DNA of 64,000 nucleotides. Origin: Candidatus Nomurabacteria bacterium. Lineage in GTDB: Bacteria; Patescibacteriota; Minisyncoccia; Phycocordibacterales; UBA9973. Positions 40,400 through 49,451 of this stretch are shown piece by piece. The stretch lies in assembly GCA_020845875.1 (NCBI GenBank), contig JADLEY010000009.1, positions 3,907 through 67,906 of the forward strand. Reading direction: 5' to 3'. Position numbers and translations under genes: made by a program. The notes under the pieces were generated by a model. The model worked only from the letters and a program-made list of their open reading frames with translations, had not been told where the DNA came from and did no database searches. The number at the start of each line of letters is the position of its first letter. The stretch's first letter is position 1.

Positions 40400-40499
40400 T
40401 ATACTAGGAAGAGTATGCGATTGAGCAAGACACTCATCTTTTTTCTCATCTTTACACTCGTCGGCGCGCTCTTGGCGTACCGGATTATTGTAAGGAATT

Positions 40500-42605
40500 A
40501 TGAATCATGGACAGCTGTACGTTATGACCCTTTCGAAGACAAAAAATAATTCTGTATTTACTCTCTCCGACCACTTCGTGCCGGCGGGCGATCAGCCAAA
40601 GGCAATAGAAGGATTGGTGAAAGGCCTAAAGAAAGGGATGCCGATGCAGACGCTTCTGGGCGCCACAGGCACGGGCAAGACCTTCACTATGGCGAATGTC
40701 CTCGCGCAGATGGGCAAGCCCACGCTCGTCATTGCGCACAACAAGACGCTTGCGGCGCAGCTTGCGAGCGAATTTAGAGCATTTTTTCCTGATGCTGCGG
40801 TGCACTACTTCGTTTCGTACTACGACTATTACCAGCCAGAAGCATATCTGCCGACGACCGATACGTATATCGAAAAAGATGCCTCTATCAACAAAGAGAT
40901 AGATAGATTGCGCCATGCCACTACCCAGTCGCTTCTGACACGCAAAGATGTGATTATCGTCGCATCAGTCTCGTGTATTTATGGATTGGGAAGCCCTGCC
41001 GAATATGAAAAGACCAATTTTAAAATAGAAAAAGACATGGCACTCTCGCGTACGCAGGCGATGGAAAAGCTCGTATCAATACACTTCTCTCGTACCAACG
41101 CCGACCTTACTCCCGGTACGTTTCGTGCGCTCGGTAATCGCCTCGATGTCATGCCAGTCAATGATACGGTGATGTATCAAATAGACTTTTCGGGAAATGC
41201 AGTGCAGGGCATTACCAAGATAGACCCTGTCTCATCGCGCATCATTCGTGAAGAAGATTCTATTTTTATTTTCCCTGCGAAGCACTTCATCACCAACAAA
41301 GACGAAAAGGAACGCGCAGTGCGCGATATTGCAGAAGAATTGAAAGGACAGCTTGCGAAGTTTGAAAAAGAAGGCAAGTTGTTGGAAGCAGAGCGCCTCA
41401 AGCGCCGTACCAACTACGACCTCGCGATGATTAAAGAAATGGGCTACACCGCAGGGATAGAAAATTATTCTCGTCATATGAGCGGCAAATCTGCAGGTGA
41501 ACCACCAGATACGCTCTTGTCGTACTTTCCAAAAGACTTCCTCCTCTTCATAGACGAATCTCATGTCACTGTCCCGCAGCTCTCTGCAATGTATTCCGGA
41601 GATGCTGCGCGTAAAGAGACGCTGGTGGAGTTTGGATTTCGTCTGCCGAGTGCAAAGGATAATCGACCGCTGAAGTTTGAAGAGTTCACGAAGCGTATTG
41701 GACAGACGGTGTTTGTCTCTGCAACTCCAGGAAAGTACGAGCGCGAACACAGCGAGCAGACGGTGGAACAGATTATTAGGCCGACAGGACTGGTGGATCC
41801 GATGGTGGAAGTACGACCGATACTAGAGAACAAGGAGTATACAGGGCAGGTGCATGACTTTATTGCAGAAGTAGAGAAAGAAATTGCCAGTGGCGGGCGA
41901 GTGCTCGCAACCACGCTCACCAAAAAAATGGCAGAAGACCTTGCGGCATACCTCAAAGACAAAAAGATAAAGGCGGAGTACCTGCACAGTGATGTGAAGA
42001 CGATTGAACGCATCAAAATCATCACCGACCTGCGTAAAGGGAAGTTTGATGTGCTGGTCGGCGTCAATCTCCTGCGCGAAGGTCTCGACATGCCAGAGGT
42101 CTCGCTCATCGGCATTCTCGATGCGGACAAAGAAGGCTTCTTGCGCAGCGATGTGTCGCTGGTGCAGACTATTGGGCGTGCGGCGCGAAATGTAAATGGC
42201 CGCGTCATTCTCTATGCCGACAGCATCACCGGCTCCATGGAGCGCGCCATCGGCGAGACCAGCCGCCGCCGCGACATACAACTTGCGTACAATCGTGAGC
42301 ACGGCATTACGCCCAAGACCATTGAAAAGAAAATCCACGACATCACAGAGAGCATGGAGAGCGAACACGACAAAGCGGTGAGCGCCGAGCTCTCGCTCGA
42401 TATGGAGCTTTTTGCTGCGGTAGCCGAAATGGAAAAGAAGGGTAAAAAGGGCGGACGCCTTACCAAAAATCCCATCCAAAAACTCATCAAAATGAAAGAG
42501 GATGAGATGAAAGAGGCAGTCAGAGTGCTCGATTTCGAGACAGCGGCCATCCTCCGCGACGAAATCAAAGCCCTTCACAACAAACTAGAAACGAAGATAG
42601 AATAG
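40500..42605 (+). CDS. uvrB: Excinuclease ABC subunit B
   Basis: Helicase motifs (GATGTGKT, DESH), beta-hairpin region, C-terminal UVR domain (RVLDFETAAILRDEIKAL). Confidence 0.95.
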   Translation: MNHGQLYVMTLSKTKNNSVFTLSDHFVPAGDQPKAIEGLVKGLKKGMPMQTLLGATGTGKTFTMANVLAQMGKPTLVIAHNKTLAAQLASEFRAFFPDAAVHYFVSYYDYYQPEAYLPTTDTYIEKDASINKEIDRLRHATTQSLLTRKDVIIVASVSCIYGLGSPAEYEKTNFKIEKDMALSRTQAMEKLVSIHFSRTNADLTPGTFRALGNRLDVMPVNDTVMYQIDFSGNAVQGITKIDPVSSRIIREEDSIFIFPAKHFITNKDEKERAVRDIAEELKGQLAKFEKEGKLLEAERLKRRTNYDLAMIKEMGYTAGIENYSRHMSGKSAGEPPDTLLSYFPKDFLLFIDESHVTVPQLSAMYSGDAARKETLVEFGFRLPSAKDNRPLKFEEFTKRIGQTVFVSATPGKYEREHSEQTVEQIIRPTGLVDPMVEVRPILENKEYTGQVHDFIAEVEKEIASGGRVLATTLTKKMAEDLAAYLKDKKIKAEYLHSDVKTIERIKIITDLRKGKFDVLVGVNLLREGLDMPEVSLIGILDADKEGFLRSDVSLVQTIGRAARNVNGRVILYADSITGSMERAIGETSRRRDIQLAYNREHGITPKTIEKKIHDITESMESEHDKAVSAELSLDMELFAAVAEMEKKGKKGGRLTKNPIQKLIKMKEDEMKEAVRVLDFETAAILRDEIKALHNKLETKIE

Positions 42606-42610
42606 TAGGT

Positions 42611-43042
42611 ATGCAGCTCAACATCAAAAAACTTCACCCAGATGCGACGCTCCCGACTAAAGGGCATCCGGGCGATGCGGGGATAGATTTTTATACGTTG
42701 GAAGAGGTGGTGTTTGCACCGAGGGCGCAGATGCGTGTACCGACCGGTATCGCCCTCGAGATTCCCGACGGGCATGTTGGGCTCGTGTGGGACAAGTCGA
42801 GTATCTCGTTCAACAACCATCTCAAAATAATGGGTGGGGTGATAGACGCAGGATTTCGAGGAGAGTTTGTCGCTTCTCTTGTGAATATGTCGGAGGACAC
42901 GCAGGTGCTCAAAAAAGGACAGAAGTTTACCCAAATGCTTATCCAGAAGTTTGAAGATTGCGATATCGTGGAGGTAGATGCGCTTTCCGATACCGTTCGC
43001 GGAGCAGGGCGAGAGGGGAGCACGGGGCACGGACTCGCATAG
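42611..43042 (+). CDS. dut: dUTP diphosphatase
   Basis: PTKGHPGDAGIDFY and GVIDAGFRGE motifs. Confidence 0.9.
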   Translation: MQLNIKKLHPDATLPTKGHPGDAGIDFYTLEEVVFAPRAQMRVPTGIALEIPDGHVGLVWDKSSISFNNHLKIMGGVIDAGFRGEFVASLVNMSEDTQVLKKGQKFTQMLIQKFEDCDIVEVDALSDTVRGAGREGSTGHGLA

Positions 43043-43059
43043 TCTGCTATACTGTGGCT

Positions 43060-43458
43060 ATGAAAAAAGGATACCACGCAAACATTGAGCAGCTGACCAA
43101 AGAAAATACCACCTTCCGCAAGGTGCTGTACACTGGCGCGCATCTGCAGCTCGTCTTGATGACGCTCCAGTCGGCAGAAGAGATAGGGCTTGAAGTGCAC
43201 GAGGAGAACGATCAGTTTTTCCGCTTCGAATCGGGACTTGGTACTGTGCTCGTCGGTGAGACGGAGTACATGGTGGGCGATGGTGATACAGTCATCGTAC
43301 CTGCGGGTACCCAGCACAACGTCATGAATACGGGAAGTGAACCACTCAAACTCTACACGATCTACTCACCGGCACATCACAAAGACGGCATTGTGCGTGC
43401 TACCAAGGCAGAAGCTGAGGCGAGTGAAGAAGAGTTTGATGGTGCGACCACTGAATAA
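43060..43458 (+). CDS. Cupin-domain protein
   Basis: Two-His/Glu beta-barrel motif region (HEENDQFFRFESG…VPAGTQHNVMN). Confidence 0.55.
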   Translation: MKKGYHANIEQLTKENTTFRKVLYTGAHLQLVLMTLQSAEEIGLEVHEENDQFFRFESGLGTVLVGETEYMVGDGDTVIVPAGTQHNVMNTGSEPLKLYTIYSPAHHKDGIVRATKAEAEASEEEFDGATTE

Positions 43459-43464
43459 CTCGCG

Positions 43465-43680
43465 ATGTTTATAAAGGTACGGGTGTTTCCGGAAAGCAGT
43501 GAGGACAAGATAAAACAGCAGTCAGATGACGTGTTTGATGTCCGCGTGCGTGCCGCAGCCCAAAATGGTCATGCCAACCGCGAAGTGATACATCTGCTCT
43601 CCAAACATTTCAACGCTGGCGTGAAGCTTGTCTCAGGCGGTACCCGAAGTCACAAGATTTTTGAAGTGACGGGGAAGTAG
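43465..43680 (+). CDS. DUF167/YggU-family small protein
   Basis: VRVFPESSEDKI…VRVRAAAQNGHANREVIHLLSKHFNAGVKLVSGGTRSHKIFEV is the typical YggU core. Confidence 0.55.
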   Translation: MFIKVRVFPESSEDKIKQQSDDVFDVRVRAAAQNGHANREVIHLLSKHFNAGVKLVSGGTRSHKIFEVTGK

Positions 43681-43947
43681 GCTTGACTTTCGGTACCCTC
43701 GATAGGATAATCGAGATGTATGATGGAAAAAATGAATTTCACGGGACCTTCTATTATAGAGGATATGGCGGTGGCACGGGTAATTGAGTCAATGGAAAAA
43801 ACAAACGATGTTGCCGGGCTTGAGGCGATGAAAGTAGGTGAAGAAGAAGGATCAAAGACACTCACTCGTATCAACGCTGCCATCGAGCGTCTCAAACAGA
43901 AAGAAGAACCAAATCAATAATTATCAAAACCGTACCAAAATGCGGTT

Positions 43948-44388
43948 TTACTTTTTCACCGGATGCAGATGCGCCGCAATCCCAATAGCAGCGGCGATGA
44001 GCGCGAGGTTTTTGATGATGTATTGGCCCTCAAGGGTGGGTACCCACGCCCTCTGCCAGGTCGCTTCTTTGAGGTAGATGAGCGGGAGGAAGGTCGTGAC
44101 CATATGGAAAAGGAGGAGCGGGAGGACTATGCGTTCTGCGCCGGGGATAAGAAAGAGGATGCCGATGAGCATTTCAAACAATGCGAAAAGGAGGTAGAAG
44201 GTATCAAACGACATCCAATTGATGGTCTGGTCAAACAGTGAGTGTACCAGTGCACCTGCAGGAGAGAGGCCGAGGGCTTTCAAGAGGCCAAACCAGAAGA
44301 AAACAACGAAGAGCGCAATGCGCGCTGCTGGTACACTGATACGGCGGAAAAAATGGATAAGATGGATGTCGAGGGTGCGTAGTGACAT
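43948..44388 (-). CDS. DoxX-family membrane protein
   Basis: 4-TM DoxX-like topology. Confidence 0.5.
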   Translation of the reverse strand: MSLRTLDIHLIHFFRRISVPAARIALFVVFFWFGLLKALGLSPAGALVHSLFDQTINWMSFDTFYLLFALFEMLIGILFLIPGAERIVLPLLLFHMVTTFLPLIYLKEATWQRAWVPTLEGQYIIKNLALIAAAIGIAAHLHPVKK

Positions 44389-44474
44389 AGTAGGAGTATA
44401 TCACTCTCGACTACTTAGGAGACAAAATCCCGCATCGAAGCGGGATTTTGCTATAGGAGAAAGTCTGACGTGAT

Positions 44475-44702
44475 TTACATTGTTGTTGCTTTCTGTTGGG
44501 GTGCATTGCACTCCTTGCAGCGCTTATGGTGTCCAAAAATTTCGCACAGCGCCGAAAGACCGACAAGGATGTAAATAATGCGCGAAATAGTTGCGCCCAT
44601 CCCACCGAAGAGTTGGCCAATATCCCAGCCAAAAAGTCCAACTAATAGCCAATTCAATCCTCCAATAACCAAAAGCACAAACGCGAGCTTATGTAATTTC
44701 AT
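44475..44702 (-). CDS. DUF378-family small membrane protein
   Basis: GGLNWLLVGLFGWDIGQLFGG signature. Confidence 0.55.
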   Translation of the reverse strand: MKLHKLAFVLLVIGGLNWLLVGLFGWDIGQLFGGMGATISRIIYILVGLSALCEIFGHHKRCKECNAPQQKATTM

Positions 44703-44842
44703 AATAATGTATATTACTTGATAATACGCGTACCACTCTAGTATAACCCTTTTTACTTCTGTCCATATGAGAAGCTGTGGAGAATGAGGGATAGTATGCT
44801 ACAATCGCCCTATGCACCCCCTCGCGCACTTGCGGAGGGGAT

Positions 44843-47479
44843 TTGGAGGTTTATATGGCAGTCAAAAAAACACTAGCAGAACAGGGGGAGATTGTAGTAA
44901 AAGGTGCGCGCACCCACAATCTCAAAAACATCTCCGTCACGATGCCCAGGGGCAAGATGATTGCCATCACGGGCCTGTCGGGGAGCGGGAAGAGCTCGCT
45001 CGCATTTGATACCATTTTTGCCGAAGGGCAGCGACGGTATGTGGAGAGCTTGTCGAGCTATGCACGGCAGTTTTTGAACCAGATGCCTAAGCCCGATGTT
45101 GATGAGATTACAGGGCTCTCTCCTGCAATTTCGATTGACCAAAAATCCCGCTCCAACAACCCGCGCTCCACGGTGGCGACTATTACAGAGATATATGACT
45201 ACCTCCGTGTCTTGTATGCGCGCGTGGGGAGAGCATACTGTCCGGTGTGTGGGACACATATCACCAAGCTCTCGCAGGAGGAGATAAACAATTTTATCCT
45301 CGCCAAAATCAAGGAACTTTCAAAGACAACGAATAAGAAGGTGATGAACGTAGAGTTCAACGATACGCGCATACAGGTGTATGCACCGATTGTTCGCGGA
45401 CGAAAAGGGGAATACTACCAGCTCCTCTATGATCTGCTCGGCAAGGGCTTTGCAACAGTGCGTGTAGATGGCATGACACACAGCCTACGCGAAAAGATAG
45501 AGCTCAAGAAAAATGACAAACATACGATAGAAGTCTTGGTCGATGAGCTCGCCGTGCATGAGTTCAAAGATAATCCGCGCGATGCGGAGCTGCGCCTCGC
45601 GGAGGCGGTGGAGCGGGCGCTTCTGGAGGCGGATGGACTGGTGCAGATTGTGTTCGGTGCCTCCGCAGACTTCGACATGCAGACGGACGTGGCGAGCGAA
45701 TTTCTCCTTTCGTCAAAGTTTGCCTGCCCGAACGACGGCTTTTCATTTCCAGAAATAGAACCGAGACTGTTTTCATTCAACAGCCCATATGGCGCGTGCC
45801 CGGAATGCAACGGCATCGGCACGAAGTTTTTTGGCGGCACCGAGCCGTGTGAAGTCTGCGGCGGCAAACGGCTGCGCACCGAGGCATTGCATGTGTATTT
45901 AGAAGATACCAAAAGCAAGACGAACATCGTCGACCTCACCTCTTTTTCGGTAGAGCAGACGTTTGATTTCTTCGATTCGCTCAAGCTTTCGGCAAAAGAC
46001 AGGGAAGTGGCAAAGGCGGTGCTGAAGGAAATAGAAGACCGCCTCACCTTCCTCCTCAATGTGGGACTGGAATACCTCGCGCTCTCTCGTACGACAAACA
46101 CGCTTTCGGGCGGCGAAGCACAGCGCATCCGCCTCGCCTCACAGCTCGGCAGTCGCCTTGTGGGGGCGATGTATGTGCTCGACGAGCCGACCATCGGGCT
46201 TCACCAGCGTGACAACGAGCGGCTTATCAAGACGCTCGAAGACTTACGTGATATTGGTAATACGATTGTAGTGGTGGAGCACGATGAAGATACGATTCTC
46301 GCATCGGACTATATGGTAGAAATCGGGCCAGGTGCCGGCATCCACGGCGGGAATGTCATCGTAGCAGATGATTTACAGAAGCTCTTGAATGCAAAAACAA
46401 ATCCAAGCAAATCACGCACGCTCGCATACCTGCGTCGTGATGAAGAAATCGCCATACCGGACAAGCGCCGCGACGACGACAAGGGCGCACTCAAAGTGGT
46501 CGGTGCAAAGCTGCACAATATCGATAATCAAAATATTGAGGTGCCGTTGGGTCGTATGGTGGCTATTACTGGCGTAAGTGGTTCGGGCAAGAGCACCTTC
46601 CTTTATGATATTTTGCACAAAAATCTGCAGGGCCGGTTTGAACGCAAACACCGCACAGCGCAGGTTCATAACGCCGCATCGTTTTCCGGTACCGAATATC
46701 TTTCGCGCGCAATCATGATTGACCAGTCGCCGATTGGTCGCACCCCACGAAGCAACATCGCCACCTATACCGGTGCGTTTACGCACATTCGTGATTTGTT
46801 TGCTGCGACAGAGGAGGCGCGCCTGCGCGGGTGGAAGATCAATCGTTTCTCATTCAATGTGAAAGGGGGGCGGTGTGAGGCATGTGAGGGAAATGGAGAG
46901 ATCGCGGTGGAGATGCACTTCCTCCCCACTGTGTATGTCACCTGTGATGTGTGTGGTGGCAAGCGATTTGATAAAGAGACGCTGACGGTGAAATACAAGC
47001 GCAAGAGCATCTACGATGTCCTTCAGCTCTCTGTCGAAGAAGCGCTGGAGTTCTTTGGTGATATTCCTGCAATATACGACCGATTGAAGACACTCAATGA
47101 TGTGGGGCTTGGCTATGTGAAGCTGGGACAGAGCGCCACCACGCTCTCTGGTGGAGAGGCGCAGCGTGTGAAGATTGCGAGTGAGCTGTACCGCCCGTGG
47201 ATGGAAAAGACAATCTATCTTCTTGATGAGCCAACGGTAGGGTTGCACTATGACGATGTAAAAAATCTTATCGCTGTATTAAATCGGCTCGTAGCGAAAG
47301 GGAATACCGTAGTGGTGATTGAGCACAATCTCGACCTCATCAAGTGCGCTGATTATCTGATTGACTTCGGTCCCGAAGGAGGAGCGCACGGCGGAAAAAT
47401 CATCGCAAAAGGCACGCCGGAAGAAGTAGCGAACAATCCCAAGTCGCACACAGGGAAGTATCTGAAGAAAATTTTGTAA
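44843..47479 (+). CDS. uvrA: Excinuclease ABC subunit A. Probable start at MAVKK (~44855).
   Basis: Two ABC ATPase modules ([20 protein letters not shown]), Zn-finger CxxC pairs, two LSGGEAQR signatures. Confidence 0.95.
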   Translation: MEVYMAVKKTLAEQGEIVVKGARTHNLKNISVTMPRGKMIAITGLSGSGKSSLAFDTIFAEGQRRYVESLSSYARQFLNQMPKPDVDEITGLSPAISIDQKSRSNNPRSTVATITEIYDYLRVLYARVGRAYCPVCGTHITKLSQEEINNFILAKIKELSKTTNKKVMNVEFNDTRIQVYAPIVRGRKGEYYQLLYDLLGKGFATVRVDGMTHSLREKIELKKNDKHTIEVLVDELAVHEFKDNPRDAELRLAEAVERALLEADGLVQIVFGASADFDMQTDVASEFLLSSKFACPNDGFSFPEIEPRLFSFNSPYGACPECNGIGTKFFGGTEPCEVCGGKRLRTEALHVYLEDTKSKTNIVDLTSFSVEQTFDFFDSLKLSAKDREVAKAVLKEIEDRLTFLLNVGLEYLALSRTTNTLSGGEAQRIRLASQLGSRLVGAMYVLDEPTIGLHQRDNERLIKTLEDLRDIGNTIVVVEHDEDTILASDYMVEIGPGAGIHGGNVIVADDLQKLLNAKTNPSKSRTLAYLRRDEEIAIPDKRRDDDKGALKVVGAKLHNIDNQNIEVPLGRMVAITGVSGSGKSTFLYDILHKNLQGRFERKHRTAQVHNAASFSGTEYLSRAIMIDQSPIGRTPRSNIATYTGAFTHIRDLFAATEEARLRGWKINRFSFNVKGGRCEACEGNGEIAVEMHFLPTVYVTCDVCGGKRFDKETLTVKYKRKSIYDVLQLSVEEALEFFGDIPAIYDRLKTLNDVGLGYVKLGQSATTLSGGEAQRVKIASELYRPWMEKTIYLLDEPTVGLHYDDVKNLIAVLNRLVAKGNTVVVIEHNLDLIKCADYLIDFGPEGGAHGGKIIAKGTPEEVANNPKSHTGKYLKKIL

Positions 47480-47480
47480 T

Positions 47481-48137
47481 ATGACTCCGCGCGAGCTGGA
47501 ACAAAGAAAAGAAATTTGGAAAAAGATCGCGCCGGTATTGCTCAAACAGTATCGCCGCGATGAGACGTTTTTGACGTGGGCAAATCCGTGGCAGCTGACG
47601 GTCGCGGTCACGCTCTCGGCACAGACGACGGATGATATGGTGAACAAGGTCACGCCGGCACTTTTTAAGAAATATCCGACTCCCGCGAAGCTCGCCGCTG
47701 CGCCAGTGGGTGATATTGAGAAACTGATAAGCAGGCTCGGATTTTTCCGCAGTAAAGCGAAGTATATAAAGGCAGCCGCGAAAATCGTCGCTGACGATTT
47801 TCGCGGCGTGATTCCGCACGATCCAATCGAGCTCCAAAAACTTCAGGGCATCGGTCGTAAAGGTGCAGTGGCGGTGATTTCAAACGCGTATCCCAAGTAT
47901 GCCAACATCGGCATTCCAGTGGACACGCATGTTATCCGATTCGCGAAGCGTTTCGGTCTCTCTAGACAAACTGATCCGTCAAAAATAGAACAAGACCTTC
48001 TACAAATCATTCCTAAAAAAGACTGGAAACGCGCCGGCTACGCCATCAAAGAATACGGTCGCAAAGAGGGCAAAGCTCGCGCCTACAATCCCGCCCTTGA
48101 TCCGCTCATGCAGGCAATAAAAAATTGTGTTAGATAA
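47481..48137 (+). CDS. nth: Endonuclease III-like HhH-GPD glycosylase (no Fe-S cysteines)
   Basis: LTVAVTLSAQTTD…HhH LQKLQGIGRKGAVAV…VDTHVIR. The stop codon sits inside a hairpin that terminates the convergent gene. Confidence 0.7.
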   Translation: MTPRELEQRKEIWKKIAPVLLKQYRRDETFLTWANPWQLTVAVTLSAQTTDDMVNKVTPALFKKYPTPAKLAAAPVGDIEKLISRLGFFRSKAKYIKAAAKIVADDFRGVIPHDPIELQKLQGIGRKGAVAVISNAYPKYANIGIPVDTHVIRFAKRFGLSRQTDPSKIEQDLLQIIPKKDWKRAGYAIKEYGRKEGKARAYNPALDPLMQAIKNCVR

Positions 48138-48147
48138 AATCTAACAC
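48117..48147 (-). terminator. Hairpin tgtgttagat-aaa-atctaacaca with a T-tract on the minus strand; terminator for the 78-aa minus-strand gene. It overlaps the nth stop.
   Basis: Perfect 10-bp inverted repeat preceded on the + strand by aaaaaa. Confidence 0.55.
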
Positions 48148-48160
48148 AATCAGTTAATTG

Positions 48161-48397
48161 CTACTTTCTCAAAAAGGAAGGCACATCTGGCACATCTTGT
48201 AATATTTTATATGCTTCTTCAAAAATAGTTTGATGTTCTTTGTCAAAGTTTCTTGAAGCAGTATATTGCTCCCGGATTTGTTCCCATGTTAGATCTTCGT
48301 AAACCTTGTATGAGCGGTATGCGTACCCAGAGTCAATATATTTTTTCTTTGAGATGCTATCAGCAATCTTCATTGCTATTGCGTATGCATTTTCCAT
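48161..48397 (-). CDS. Hypothetical 78-aa soluble protein, first small-gene module of the CRISPR island
   Basis: ORF bracketed by its own promoter (copy 1 of TTGACGAATCATA-N17-TATCAT) and terminator. No recognisable family. Confidence 0.4.
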   Translation of the reverse strand: MENAYAIAMKIADSISKKKYIDSGYAYRSYKVYEDLTWEQIREQYTASRNFDKEHQTIFEEAYKILQDVPDVPSFLRK

Positions 48398-48415
48398 AAT
48401 TTTAAGTCTTGCGTT

Positions 48416-48447
48416 ATGATAGCATGTATCTTATGATTCGTCAAGAG
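48416..48447 (-). promoter_or_regulatory. Promoter-core copy 1 (minus strand TTGACG-N17-TATCAT); the + strand carries the uvrC-start remnant ATGATTCGTCAAGAGAAATAA
   Basis: + strand 48431-48447 ttatgattcgtcaagag; −10 reverse complement at 48416-48421; −35 reverse complement at 48439-48444. Confidence 0.55.
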
Positions 48448-48451
48448 AAAT

Positions 48452-48485
48452 AAAAACTGCGTTAGGTCTTGCCTAACGCAGTTTT
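48452..48485 (-). terminator. Bidirectional hairpin terminator H1 (ctgcgttagg-tcttg-cctaacgcag) flanked by A5/T4
   Basis: 10-bp perfect stem. On the minus strand it is followed by ttttatttctc, and it ends the 49-aa TM-protein gene. Confidence 0.65.
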
Positions 48486-48555
48486 GCTTTGCTCTTTCTG
48501 TATCTGTATTTTTCAGCCAAATCGTATAAAGATTGGCACAACAACATAACAAGCG

Positions 48556-48705
48556 TCACGAGCAGCCAAAAATATATCCTGATAGGATTGCTAACAGCGG
48601 ATTTACAGAGATAGCCGCGATAGCACAAATGACGCAAGTGATTGGCCAAATACAGAATAGGTAACCCGCAAAGACGAATACTTTTACAAAGTTATACCAT
48701 TTCAT
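48556..48705 (-). CDS. Hypothetical 49-aa Cys-rich two-TM micro-protein (not in the ORF track because it is under 60 aa)
   Basis: Hand-translated MKWYNFVKVFVFAGYLFCIWPITCVICAIAAISVNPLLAILSGYIFGCS. Bracketed by promoter copy 2 and terminator H1. Confidence 0.35.
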   Translation of the reverse strand: MKWYNFVKVFVFAGYLFCIWPITCVICAIAAISVNPLLAILSGYIFGCS

Positions 48706-48722
48706 TTTTTAAGTTTTGTGAT

Positions 48723-48754
48723 ACTATACTGCCTATATTATGATTCGTCAAGAT
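48723..48754 (-). promoter_or_regulatory. Promoter-core copy 2 (minus strand TTGACG-N17-TATAGT)
   Basis: + strand 48738-48754 ttatgattcgtcaagat; −10 reverse complement 48723-48728. Confidence 0.5.
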
Positions 48755-48800
48755 TTAAAAAAACTCTTACCTTACGTCCTCTTGCAAATCAAAAACCTGA

Positions 48801-48836
48801 TATACTCAAACTATGCTATCGCGCAAAATGAGTATA
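48801..48836. repeat. 36-bp palindrome copy U (TATACTCA-aactatGCTATCGCgcaaaa-TGAGTATA) overlapping the start codon(s) of the wHTH::Cas2-like gene
   Basis: Perfect 8-bp outer inverted arms. A second direct copy is at 49338-49373. Confidence 0.6.
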
Positions 48837-49334
48837 GAAGAGAAAATTATGAGATTTCTGTACGACAGAAAGTATTTGCACGCTCTCGCATTTAGTACCC
48901 TGCTACAAGAACCTTCTTTTTCTTCATACAAACCACAATCCATACGAAACGCGCTCACTAAGCTTTCGAAACAAGAACTAGTGCGCACCGGTGCCGACGG
49001 TATCATGCTCCACACAAAGGGGAGAGCGTATATAGAACAGAGGATGGCGCGGCTTCAACTATTTGATTCGCCGTTTACCAAGAATGCCCCGAAAAATCTG
49101 CTCGTGCTTTTTGATATCCCCGAAGATTGCAAGGCTGAGCGGGAGTGGTTTCGCCGGCAGCTCCGCGAGTTTGGCTACGACATGGTGCAAAAGAGTGTAT
49201 GGCTCGGACCGTCGCCATTGCCGAAAGAATTTGTGGAATATGTAAAAACTATCGGATTGCGCGATTGCATCAAAACATTTCGCCTCGCCCGCAATCAGCA
49301 GAGTGAACTGAAAAACAGCAAGATGAAAAAATAA
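48813..49334 (+). CDS. Winged-helix (PaaX/MarR-like) N-terminal domain fused to a Cas2/VapD-like ferredoxin-fold C-terminal domain; candidate adaptation/regulatory component
   Basis: C-terminal 'NLLVLFDIPEDCKAEREWFRRQLREFGYDMVQKSVWLGP…IKTFRL' has the Cas2 beta1(…YDV/FDI…)-alpha1-beta2(…RVQ.SVF…) pattern. The N-terminal ~90 aa look like a wHTH. The gene lies in the cas neighbourhood and is flanked by palindromes. Confidence 0.5.
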   Translation: MLSRKMSIEEKIMRFLYDRKYLHALAFSTLLQEPSFSSYKPQSIRNALTKLSKQELVRTGADGIMLHTKGRAYIEQRMARLQLFDSPFTKNAPKNLLVLFDIPEDCKAEREWFRRQLREFGYDMVQKSVWLGPSPLPKEFVEYVKTIGLRDCIKTFRLARNQQSELKNSKMKK

Positions 49335-49337
49335 CTA

Positions 49338-49373
49338 TATACTCATTCTGTGCTATCGCACAATTTGAGTATA
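49338..49373. repeat. 36-bp palindrome copy D (TATACTCA-ttctGTGCTATCGCACaatt-TGAGTATA) immediately after the wHTH::Cas2-like stop
   Basis: Same outer arms and GCTATCGC core as copy U. Confidence 0.6.
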
Positions 49374-49406
49374 TGCATGTTTCTGGTGTGTGAGAATTAT
49401 TGAGTA

Positions 49407-49439
49407 ATAAAAAACTGCGCTGGGTTGTGCCTAGTGCAG
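49407..49439 (-). terminator. Hairpin terminator H2 (degenerate copy of H1) ending the 77-aa minus-strand gene
   Basis: ctgcgctggg-ttgtg-cctagtgcag with aaaaaa/tttttt flanks; shares the aaaactgcg…cgcagt frame with H1. Confidence 0.5.
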
Positions 49440-49451
49440 TAGTAGTTTCAT

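Noticed and set aside
48740-48895. A 51-codon ORF starting MIRQDLKKLL… from promoter-core copy 2, and similar ATG-containing starts at the other copies
   Set aside because: The conserved 17-mer is a minus-strand promoter (TTGACG…TATNAT) and a copy of the uvrC start. The downstream frames are not conserved between copies and overlap better-supported genes.
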